A DNA stretch of 64,000 nucleotides, taken from positions 19,331,393-19,395,392 of the forward strand of contig JARFYF010000046.1 of NCBI GenBank assembly GCA_030265395.1, written 5' to 3'. This document shows positions 25,775 to 36,454 of the stretch, in pieces. The stretch's first letter is position 1, and every line of letters begins with the position of its first letter. The stretch comes from Rhina ancylostomus (taxonomy: Eukaryota). Under the pieces are notes generated by a model, which was not told where the DNA came from, did not search any database, and saw only the letters and a list, made by a program, of their open reading frames with translations. The position numbers and the translations under genes are program-made.

Positions 25775-28700
25775 TGGATGATTTTCAATACAACCACCAT
25801 GTATTTTAGAAATTTAAAACACAGGAAGAGAAATTTTAGTCCATCACGTTCAGGCTGGTTGATTGTTCTTGCTCCATGGCCTTCAAGTGCATCCCCAAGT
25901 AGCTTAAAAGTGCATGGAGCATTTCTTGCTCTAATACCCCTTCAAACAATAAACTCACACCCCCCCCCCCCCTCACTAGTAGCTTGAAAACAAAAATTCT
26001 TAACTCTTTCCTATGAGAATCTGATGGCCCACTTACAAATTTGTACAACTCACATAAATATCTCTTCCTATTATGTTACAAATATTTCTTCAAACCTAAA
26101 ATTATCCAGTCCCTCCAGCAACCTTGTAAATTTCCTTTGTACCCTGTCTTGTGCAATCATATCCTTTCTGAAAAATAGTAGCCATTTGTGGGTTAACCAG
26201 TGTTTACACCTTCCTGTCTTAACTTCCATGCCTTTTTGTGTCTTAGCTAATTCAAGAAAGCATTCTGTATACCTTTTCTAAAACAAATAAAAACAAAAAG
26301 CAATTTCTCAGGATCTGGATTTCATTAGCAAGGTTAGCATTTGTTGCCCATTCCTAATTATTCTTGAAGATGTTGAGCCACTGCCTTGAACTTGAACTGC
26401 AGAAAGTAGTTTCCCACTGTACTAGATTTTGGGGATGGTGATTCCAGGATTTTGACCCAATTGCATTAAAGGAATAAGGTGCATTTCCAACAAAAGATAG
26501 TTGATGATGTTCTCATATACTGAAGTCCTTGTCCTTGGTGTTTGATTATAGGAGGTTATTATTGTACTCCAGGTTTGTAACTGTGATGTATTTTACAGAT
26601 AATGAAGGGAATGAAAGTTTTGAGTCCTGGATGGGTAACAATCATACAGGCTGCTTTGTTCTGGATAATGTTAAGCTGCTTTAATATTACTGGAGATGCA
26701 TTCATTCAGGCATGTGAAGAGTATTCCATTATGCTGGTTACCTATGCCTTGTGGATGGTGAAAGGGGCTTGCTGCATGATGCCTAGTCTCTGACTTGCTC
26801 TTGTAGCTGTGGCATTTATGGGGATGGTTTAATTGACGTTATGGTTAATAATGATCATCTTGCCCCAGCACGTTGAAGGTCAAGGACTCAGCGATGGTAA
26901 TGCTATCGAATATCAGGGGTAGGTGATTAGATGCTCTCTTCTTGTAGATGGTCATCCACTCACTTTAGGAATCTTTGGATATGCATTTCTAAGTCCCTCT
27001 GTTCCCAATATTTGGTATCCTACCATTAACGTAGGATGCCCTCAATTCTCTCACTTCTCCTTTGCTAGTTGTCATCATTTCTTAAACCTCAACTTTTTGA
27101 CCAAGCTTTTAATCATAACTCATGCCATACCTCAGTATATTTTCTTTTCTCCCCCTCATATAAAACATCCCGAGATGGTTTATAGATGTCAGCTATTGGG
27201 TGTTGAGTCATTGGACTAACACACAATAAGCAAGTTACTAAGTAGTTTCCAATTCTGCGTGTGCCTTTAAACACAAGAGAAAAAAGAGTCAAGTTGCACT
27301 TGCAATAAAATTTTGATAGTCTACAATAGTAGGATAGTTTAACATCTGGCTCTCTAGGATTCCATTCCCACTTCCTTGTTTAACACACCAGAGGTCTTTT
27401 TCCAGCATCCCCTTTAAACTCACCTGATTCACCGAGGATTTATTCTGCTACTCTAATATTGAAAGGCCAATTTAAGGTAAAATGGGATATTAATGAGTAG
27501 CTACTGAGTCTGGAAAATCTGCCAGTCCAGCACCAAAGTCCCGAAGGTGCTGGATTAGCAGAGTTTTATGGTATATGGTTCCTTTAATGCCTTCTGACAC
27601 CTAAAACACTTTACATCCAAATAATTACTTGCATGTTCTCACTCTTGTTATGCCATTCATCTTTGAAAGAGTATCAGAATTTTTTGACTCACCATTGAAA
27701 TTTTATGGAACCACATCATTTCTGAGATGCCCCAGCAGCTCCAATATTTCTTCAGGAGAAAGCAGAGGGCTAACAAAGTTTTGATAATCTTGCAGTCTCA
27801 GATCAGATTTTAAAATTACAAATCCAGGATTTAAGGACTCAATTGGAAAAGCAGGGAAAATAACACGATGCACAGTGGGACTCTACTGTCACCAATTGAC
27901 ATTCCTTATTGTCCTTTGATAGTGTAGACATAGCTTGATTCAGTGGTGGATGAGGTGTTGGTGGTCTATGAAAAAGAACTGTAGTCTTCCATAGAAATGT
28001 CTGTGCATCAGTATTTAGCATAACTACAAAAAGGATAATGTTTGGTGGAATGTAACCAATTGAACCATGTGAAATTGAGAAATTAAATAATATAAGAGCA
28101 CAGCTACTTGCAAGGGTTGAAGAGCTGCAGATCACCTCTAGAATGTTTCAAAATAGGAGTTCTCAATAGAATGTGAAAGTGCTGTTCCAGATGAATATTC
28201 CTGCTTGGGCTTGGCAAATATGGTCCTGCCTGGTAGAGCTCTCATTCAGCTATTGAGCAAATAGCCAAACAGACCAGTAACTGCAGAACTTTAATAGCTT
28301 GCTTATTAATAATAGAATATCACAACTGAACTCTTTTCTCTTGGACCACCAATATTATTTTACAGTTCTTATATGGGTAGATTGCTCTGACTGCCTACTT
28401 TCTTCAGTTTGGTTCTAGCTGAGTCATCCTGGAGAAAGAGCATGTAATATTTATAAGGAATTCTGTTCCTTGATGCAACTGGTGGTGGCTGCAGGGAATA
28501 GAATTCTTCATAAACATTAATGACATTGGGTTTAGCATTGGAACCTTCCTTTTTGTGGCTGTTTTAATTTAATTGAACCATGTTACTTAAATAAGTGATG
28601 CCCTTAGAGCAACATTTATTGTGCTGATTCTGTTGTGATCTAAGGGCAAATGAGTGTCATTCTATCATGCTGTCTATGGAAAAGGCCACTGCTTTACAAT

Positions 28701-29435
28701 AGTAGGATGACTAAAATGGGAAGGGCCCTTTTAATCACTATCCAGCAACTTCAACTGCAATTGCGCTTGTTTCATGGGAAAAAAAACTATTGCTGCTATC
28801 ATGATCTCTTGACTACCTGCCAACACCCAGATTGAACACTGTTAATTAAATGAATTGGAGGCAATGTAGACAGCAGACAAATATATTAATGGTAGAAATA
28901 AATTGATGAAATCAATGCATTGCACATGGAGTAACAACTGCATATGATGAGCAATTAGTACAAATAAGAGGACTGAAGTGTGGTTCAAATGTTTCTTACA
29001 ATGTATAATAAATACTTTAAAAGCCTGGTGCATTTGAAAGCATGAAAAATGAATTACTACTACTTTAAAAAGGTCTTATCTGCTGAATTCAAGATTGCAG
29101 GAAGGCCAAGGAAATGGAAAGTTATCTTTAAGGGGGGGGGGGGTTAGCTTATCATCCANNNNNNNNNNNNNNNNNNNNNNNNNNNNNNNNNNNNNNNNNN
29201 NNNNNNNNNNNNNNNNNNNNNNNNNNNNNNNNNNNNNNNNNNNNNNNNNNNNNNNNNNATCATCCAGTTCTGACTCACCCAAAATTCCTAACCAGCAACA
29301 AACTGTTTATGATCAAAATAATATCTCCATTATGTACACTGAAAATTATTTTTTTACTCTTTAAAATGATTTAACTTCTTCAAAAGCTACTTGAACCAGT
29401 AAATCTAATTTAAATAGCCAAAATCTCTCAAAAGT

Positions 29436-30413
29436 TTATTTACAGATTAAGCTAGAATATAAAACATGAGCAACACCAGTGATTAGATTATGATTGGCAA
29501 ATTCTAATATAAGCAACACTATTGGATATTCACTTTGCAGCTTCCACAAGGCAGAACTGTCATCAAGCCCCATCCAGCTTAACAGCAAAATCTTCATGGC
29601 TTCAGGAAACAGTTTATCCACCAATTCCTCAGCAGGTGGCAAGTCTGTGATTCTATTGATGTGGATTGTTTTAAACTCCTCTACTTGCCTGCTGATAGAG
29701 ACATTAGCAGAATAAAACTGACGTCCTAACCATTTACTTACAGAGTAGAGCATGTGACTACAATAAATAGAATCAACCTCTGTTTCAGTGGCTTCTGTCT
29801 TTATAATGAAGTCTTTAAGATTGGTCAAAAGTTGCAGTATCATGTCAGCCAACTTCTGTGCTGATATGGTTTCACTTATTAGGANNNNNNNNNNNNNNNN
29901 NNNNNNNNNNNNNNNNNNNNNNNNNNNNNNNNNNNNNNNNNNNNNNNNNNNNNNNNNNNNNNNNNNNNNNNNNNNNNNNNNNNNGAGTTCGACAAAATCA
30001 AGTAACAGTATAATTAACTTTTCATGTTCCTTTTGTATTTCCAATGGTAAAATTTTAAAAGTCTGATATATTGATCTAAACTTGATAGATAAAGAATCGT
30101 TACTCAAAATATCTTCACATAGCGAGTTATCTATATGAGGTTCTTTAGTTTCTTGTAAAATTCTTGTTTCTTGTACGCAGTAGTTATGATCACCCTCATT
30201 AGCAATACTGTTGTAGGTACAATCTATAAATGAAGCAGTTGTGCTACACAAATTATCAGGTTGAATGGTTGGGTGTAATGCAGAGGAACCTTCGTGGCTC
30301 CTTTTCTCAAGAAGGCAATTTTCAAGCAGTTCTTTGCCAAGGAAGTTTTGCAGAAACTTAACATCATATTTTTCATTCAGAACAGGGTCACTTATTCGTG
30401 CTTTCCACAAATC
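29436..30413 (-). CDS. Uncharacterised gene, last coding exon: DLWKARISDPVL...LPPAEELVDKLFPEAMKILLLSWMG...LILEFANHNLITGVAHVLYSSLICK*
   Basis: Minus-strand acceptor tttttcccttgtgtcag, phase 0, long open frame. The internal 100-N gap closes in frame with a 2-nt overlap (DFVELLISET). Confidence 0.85.
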   Translation of the reverse strand, partial: DLWKARISDPVLNEKYDVKFLQNFLGKELLENCLLEKRSHEGSSALHPTIQPDNLCSTTASFIDCTYNSIANEGDHNYCVQETRILQETKEPHIDNSLCEDILSNDSLSIKFRSIYQTFKILPLEIQKEHEKLIILLLDFVELXXXXXXXXXXXXXXXXXXXXXXXXXXXXXXXXXXLISETISAQKLADMILQLLTNLKDFIIKTEATETEVDSIYCSHMLYSVSKWLGRQFYSANVSISRQVEEFKTIHINRITDLPPAEELVDKLFPEAMKILLLSWMGLDDSSALWKLQSEYPIVLLILEFANHNLITGVAHVLYSSLICK

Positions 30414-30776
30414 CTGACACAAGGGAAAAAATATAAAATAATCAAAATATCAGTCATTTGATTTGATTAGAAGCAATATTTCACTAATATGGCATAACAA
30501 CACTTTCTGCAACAATAGTGTCATTGGTCTAAACCCATAATCCTCTGCTCTGGTTCTCCATGTTTGTGCTACTCATAGTCTCCCAGCAAAGGAATGCATT
30601 TAAGACTATCAAGAGTCAAAAATAAACTACTTGTGAATAGGTTATAGATCAGTAATACAACAGAAAACATTCATAAAACATTATACTGAAGGCTATAATT
30701 CATGCTAAATAATGCCTTAAGTGTGCTGTTCAACACTACTGAAACATTATAATTGGCAATTGTAATTTAACTGTAC

Positions 30777-30907
30777 CTGCAGGACAACAAGAACATCCAG
30801 TTGTTGTTCTTTANNNNNNNNNNTGCATTTTAAAAAAAGCCCCTGAATGCTGTAAAACCACAAACTGTTTACCATGGTTGGCATCTTCAGTCCTTCAAAT
30901 CGAAATT
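30777..30907 (-). CDS. Uncharacterised gene exon 3: EFRFEGLKMPTMVNSLWFYSIQGLF...KEQQLDVLVVLQ
   Basis: cttgtttttag acceptor and cag|gtacag donor, phase 1 to 0, compatible with both neighbours. Contains a 10-N gap. Confidence 0.8.
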
Positions 30908-31260
30908 CTAAAAACAAGTATATGCAGAAATAAGTATGAGTAATTAATTCTTTTATGGTCAACCTGTCAATGTCAAGGACTGAAAGATGGGCTGAAAGGG
31001 CCTGTTTCAATTATGTACGTTTCAATGATACTATGATATTACATTAGAGGCACGAGGAGGTCACAGTGATGGAGGTAGCAGGAGAAAGGATGGTGAATAA
31101 GAGAGAGACACATGATTGTAGGTATCAGGAACTCAATAACCAGACCGTAAAGTAATCTGGCTAGTCTAAGTGAATCATTAAAAGGCATTTTCCTTCTACA
31201 GATTTAAATTTAGTCTGAGAGATTCTACTTTGTGCTTTCAAACAAGAGTTAATATATTAC

Positions 31261-31390
31261 CTGAACTAAAACAGAGCTTGGTTGCCAATCCTCTCTTTGC
31301 AAATTTTGCATGAACTCTTGGATGATTTTCAGTGCGAATGTTAGTTTTTGCAACAACATCAGCACCAAGAAAAAGGGGAGTCAAATTCTC
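31261..31390 (-). CDS. Uncharacterised gene exon 2: ENLTPLFLGADVVAKTNIRTENHPRVHAKFAKRGLATKLCFSS
   Basis: ctttttcacctttag acceptor and cag|gtaata donor, 130 nt, phase 0 to 1, open frame. Confidence 0.8.
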
Positions 31391-33099
31391 CTAAAGGTGA
31401 AAAAGTTCAGAATTAAGAAATGGATTTCCAGATATAAAACTCAAAACTTTGTGATTTTACTTTCTTTGCAACATATCTAATTTTTCTGACACTTTAACAC
31501 CTGAGTAAGGTAGATTGGCAGCTTTCTGACCAATCAGAAAAACTGTTCGACTCTTAAGATGAGGTTTGGAGAGGTAGATCAGACAGGTAAGTAATGGAGG
31601 TTAGAAACTTCTGATTGAATTCTCTATTAACCAGCTCTACACTTGCTATCCTAAATCCTGAATTCTGTAGACTTGTACTTAACTTCCCTACGTTAATATT
31701 CATAGTAAGAGAATGTGCCATACCAGGTGAAATAAAACTTTACTTGTACAATTTTAAATGGTTGAATTTAGTTTCTCTTAAATACAATATTTTTTTCTTA
31801 CATTTCATACCCACCTGACCAAAAATTTTCAAAGCAGTAATATAAACTAAGCTCAGGTTAATCGTTCAGTTTCCTGCTCCGTCTCCCAAATGCTAAATAA
31901 TACATTCAAAATTAAATGCCTTCCTGGTTAAATACATTTCCCTTACCCAGCACATTATAGACAAGTACTTCAATTAACACACAATGCTATATTTAGTCAC
32001 CTAAAACAATTTAAAGACCTTTACAAGATAAAGTTATCGCCCAAAGTATTGGGTAACAATTAACAAAGTAACTTTTAAGTATAATGTATGGTCAATTTTA
32101 CATGCAAGTATGCAAACTGATGGCAGAATTGAGATTCCAGCTAGTCAGCCCACAGAAATGCTCAGTGACACAACTAATTTTATTATGACTGCCGGTTCAG
32201 CAATTACAATGGTAAAGGTGACCAAAGGTCACAATAACATGAAGTATGATCTCAGATTGGAAGTGCATGTCAATCAGTACATTTGCAAGAATGTTATAAT
32301 TCTGCTGAGGAATTAATTTTATCCAAAGTACATTAATAGTGATGTCAACAAAGTGAACCTCCATAGAAAGACAAAGTTAACAATTGATCCAGTCAGGATT
32401 CAGATATTACCAACTAGTATCAACTAATGCATGAAGTATGGTTGAAATTTGATGAGTCGCTGAAAAGTAGTGATTGAAAGCAGCAGCATATTAATCCAGG
32501 GAAACATTAGTACATATGGTTAAGTTATTAAGAAACTAAAGACAAACACCTCAAAAGGGGTATTTATTTCTTAATCATCCACAAATATAAAGCCCTTAAA
32601 GAGCAACTCAATATGGTCATTTCATAGATTGGAAAAAAATTGAACTGCAATGAGTTTATTGCCATAATGCACAAGTACAGTGAGGTACAGGTACAGTGAT
32701 AAACTTCCTTGCAGCAGCATCACAGGCATGTAGATTCAGAAAACATACAGAACACAACTTATACATAAAATATACAACTCAATGAAGAAAAATGTGCAAA
32801 ACATATATTACATTATTTACTAGTTTTACACTTGTTTATGGTATTATGTATATCTGGGTAGGTACTCTTCTCATGATTAACTTCACAAAATGACTTTTGC
32901 CGCCATGATTCCCCCTTGGCAATAAACTCAACTCTGTCATTTAACAAACTGCTCTACCACTGCAACCAAAGCACCAATTTACAGAAGTTATATTGCTATT
33001 TTTTTTGAATAGGCATTCCCAAATTTCCCATCCACATTTATGACATGGCAATCAGGTCCCATTTTAAATCTTAACATGAAGGCATAGCTAACAGTTAGG

Positions 33100-34160
33100 A
33101 AGACAAATGGGATGTTGGCGTTTATTGGAAGAGAGATTGAATAGAAAAATTGGTAAATTTAGCTACAACTGCAACTGTAGAAAGCACCTCTGTGGCGGTA
33201 TCCTTGATAACCGGTATCTCATTTTAGATTCCATTGGAGAGGAGAACCTGACACAGGAAGACCATGGCAACCAGGTTTGCAGCACCATGCCTGGTACTAA
33301 GGTCCAGCGAGGGAGGAGAAATGCGGTAGTGATCGGGGACTCTATAGTGAGGGGGACAGACAGCAGATTCTGTGAATCCGACAATGAATCCCAGATGGTG
33401 TGTTGCCTCCTGCTAGGGTATGGGATGTCACGGACCGAGTTCAGAATATCCTGAAGGGAGAGGGTGATCAGCCAGAAGTCGTGGTACATGTGGGCACCAA
33501 CGACATACATAGAAAAAGAGAAGAGNNNNNNNNNNNNNNNNNNNNNNNNNNNNNNNNNNNNNNNNNNNNNNNNNNNNNNNNNNNNNNNNNNNNNNNNNNN
33601 NNNNNNNNNNNNNNNNNNNNNNNNNACCCCCCCCCCGCCACTTCTCCCTCTTATTTCCATGGAGCAGGCTCGATGGGCCAAATGGCCTTCTTCTGCTCCC
33701 TTATCTTGTGATCTTGAGTGATATTGGTGAGATTAGACCCAAAATAATACATGCAGTTTTGGCCTCCTTAGATAACAAAGGATAAAATTGAACATGATGC
33801 AGAGAAAGTTCACGAGATTTACTCTGGGTATGAAAGGATTGTCTTAAGAAATATTCAGCAAATTGAGCCTATGTGAATATGCAATTTACTGAAGCATTAA
33901 TATCCTGGGTACAGGATCTTCTGATATGGTAGATGCTATGATGATGCTTTCTCTAGCAGAGGAATCCAAAATTGTTGGGAATGACCTTAAAACTAGACCG
34001 AGATGAGAAGGAATTTCTTCCCCCAAAGCAGACTATGAATATTTGGAACGCTCTATCCTAAGAGAGCTGTGGAGGCTCTCATTAAGCTTACTCAAGGCTG
34101 AGATTGATGGATCTTTAGAAGATAGGGAAAATCATTGATTATAGGGTTGAGAAGAAAGTG
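33100..34160 (+). mobile_element. CR1 LINE fragments: ORF1 esterase (SGNH/GDSL) region plus 3' end pieces
   Basis: AVVIGDSIVRGTDSRFC and PEVVVHVGTNDI are the esterase motifs of CR1 ORF1p. The downstream sequence resembles a CR1 3' tail. Confidence 0.8.
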
Positions 34161-35597
34161 GAGCCCAGGTTAATACAGGACCAGCCAGAAGACACAAGAA
34201 AGAAGAGGAAAAGGTCATTAAACTNNNNNNNNNNNNNNNNNNNNNNNNNNNNNNNNNNNNNNNNNNNNNNNNNNNNNNNNNNNNNNNNNNNNNNNNNNNN
34301 NNNNNNNNNNNNNNNNNNNNNNNNATTAAACTCCTTGAATTTCACTGCCATTCAACGAGATCATAATCTTTTAACTCAATATGATTTTTCTACCCTATCC
34401 CAATATTCCTTAGTTCCTTTAACATCTAGACATCTATTAACTTCTGTTTCAAATGCAATCAATAACTGAACTTTGGAGTGCCTTTTCAGAACAAACCTTC
34501 ACCATGCACCATGCTGAAAAGCTAACATCACCAAAATGTGTGCAGTTTCTTGATACCCTATTACAAATAATTTTTGTTCTCGCCACTCTGCAATTTGTGA
34601 TGTACATTCTATGCAATTACAAAAAATAAGATTAAGGACCAGTTAATACTTGCTACTGATTGAGATTTAAATATCGGTCAGATTAAATTCTGTTTAATAT
34701 TGAATATCCAACTGTAAAGAAAGCATTGCTCGAGTTGGCAATAGAGGGGCAAAATGAATTGAAATGTGTGATGTAAAACCACTAATGATTTATCATATCT
34801 TTCAGTCCTTGTTAGAAAAGAAAGCATCATTTTTAAAAGACAAAATTTGAGACTGCCATTGTTTTATTGCTGTCATCCCCAACTTTGAAGAAAGCTCCTA
34901 CAAAGGTGTACAGCAATCTCTGTGGGAAGAAGTTTTACCTTGTCAACATGCTTTCCAGCATGATTGCAAAGAATTCTGTGGCACCAAGTACCTGTGGTGT
35001 ATTAAGGGTGATAATCAGATTAAATAATCACATCAGGAAGCAAAGAGCAACGTTTTTAATTCATTTTTTAGCATTATACAGAATGCTAAAGGTTGGAACG
35101 TACACATAACTATAGTAGAAGCTGAAACCTAAAAAGGTGTTTTAAAATCTGTTATGGGAAATATTCCATTATACTCCTGACTTGCTCTTTGCAAATGGCA
35201 GAAAGGCTTTGGCTACTCAGCTGGTAATTCATTTACCACTAAATACAAAGCTTTTACTTTGTTCCAGAGGTCACAATTTCCACATGTTGCTGCTGTTAAA
35301 TCTCTCGATATAGAAGATTTTAAAACTCCATATAGCTACAACAAAGGGCACATATACGTCACGGAAACAGGCCCTTCAGCCCAGTTCGTCCGTGTCGACC
35401 AAGTTATATTCCGAAATCCGAATTATTTCAATCTTGTTTGTAATTTACTAGTATAAAATTAGTCGTAGTGACAAATTAAATAATTACTAATTGTCCTCTA
35501 TGTATTGTAACTTATATTTTAGAGGTTAGAAAGTTGCATTTTAGCATCCAAAACTTTCACTTTGTATTACTGTAATAATATTACTTAAAATACCAAC

Positions 35598-35720
35598 CTC
35601 CACCCGAAAGTCTTGGCACAACGTAACTGAATTGGACGAGCTCAAGAAAACAAATCTGAATTTCCTGACACCCACGCTGCATTCAGGTAAACAAACGGCC
35701 ATTGGTTCAACAGAAGCCAT
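35598..35720 (-). CDS. Uncharacterised gene, probable first coding exon: MASVEPMAVCLPECSVGVRKFRFVFLSSSNSVTLCQDFRVE
   Basis: ATG at the edge of the CpG island and gag|gttggt donor, phase 0, joining exon 31390 in frame. Confidence 0.65.
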
Positions 35721-36167
35721 GTGTTTTTCTGTGGTCGCCCCCTCTTGCAAAAGAGAATAACTCGGACCTCAGAACGGAAATAACCACCGTTTCGACTCAA
35801 TGAGAAAATAAATCTCCAAAAGCGCAACAACTCAATCGGCAGTGAACGCCCCTCCAGCTGATGACTCGATCGGCATTTGCAGCAGAATCCCATTCGCCTT
35901 TGGCTGTAGACATCAACGGGTTAACTTCGATCATTTACTTCAGGATGGCAACAACACACAGCAGTCCGTCCGAGCGTTGCTTCAGAGGTTCAGAGACACA
36001 GCCTGGCCGAGGCCGGACAACGACCCTGGCGTCGTGCACTGCGAGAGCCCGACCCGTCCACCGACCGGCCGCCCGTCTCCCGGGGCCGCCCGCCCGCGGA
36101 TAGTCACGTGCTCCCTGGACTTGGCGCTTCCACCGGGCGCACTGACGTCACGCAGCCTGGTGACAAG
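35721..36167. promoter_or_regulatory. Bidirectional CpG-island promoter (uncharacterised gene on -, ZCCHC8 on +)
   Basis: High CpG density against an AT-rich background. E-box TCACGTG 36104-36110, full CRE TGACGTCA 36143-36150, GC boxes, and a YY1-like AAGATGGCCG overlapping the ZCCHC8 ATG. Confidence 0.8.
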
Positions 36168-36454
36168 ATGGCCGCCGAGAGGATGGAATTGGATTTCGGG
36201 GACCGCAAATTGTTCGNNNNNNNNNNNNNNNNNNNNNNNNNNNNNNNNNNNNNNNNNNNNNNNNNNNNNNNNNNNNNNNNNNNNNNNNNNNNNNNNNNNN
36301 NNNNNNNNNNNNNNNNGCAAATTGTTCGAGGAGTTTGAGGATTCAAAACCTTCGCATGTTCGCTTCAACAGTTTCGAAGATGTGGACGAGGTGGAGGGTA
36401 TGAGGAAGAAGCTGCAGGAATGCGAGGAGAGCGTGGGCTACCTGAAGGCGGAGA
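36168..36454 (+). CDS. ZCCHC8: ZCCHC8 exon 1: MAAERMELDFGDRKLFEEFEDSKPSHVRF...LQECEESVGYLKAE(N)
   Basis: Resembles the ZCCHC8 N-terminus (FGDxELFE, LxxCEE...LxAEN). The gap is false (12-nt duplicated flank gcaaattgttcg), giving a real length of about 175 nt. Ends at U12 donor ATATCCT. Confidence 0.9.

Noticed and set aside
34939-34991. Possible extra minus-strand exon of the uncharacterised gene (cacag|gtacttgg...ag|gtaaaa), plus candidates near 32820-32935 and 32410-32460
   Set aside because: I could not build a phase-consistent chain from these to exon 31390, whereas exon 35598 joins it directly. They may be alternative exons but are unsupported.
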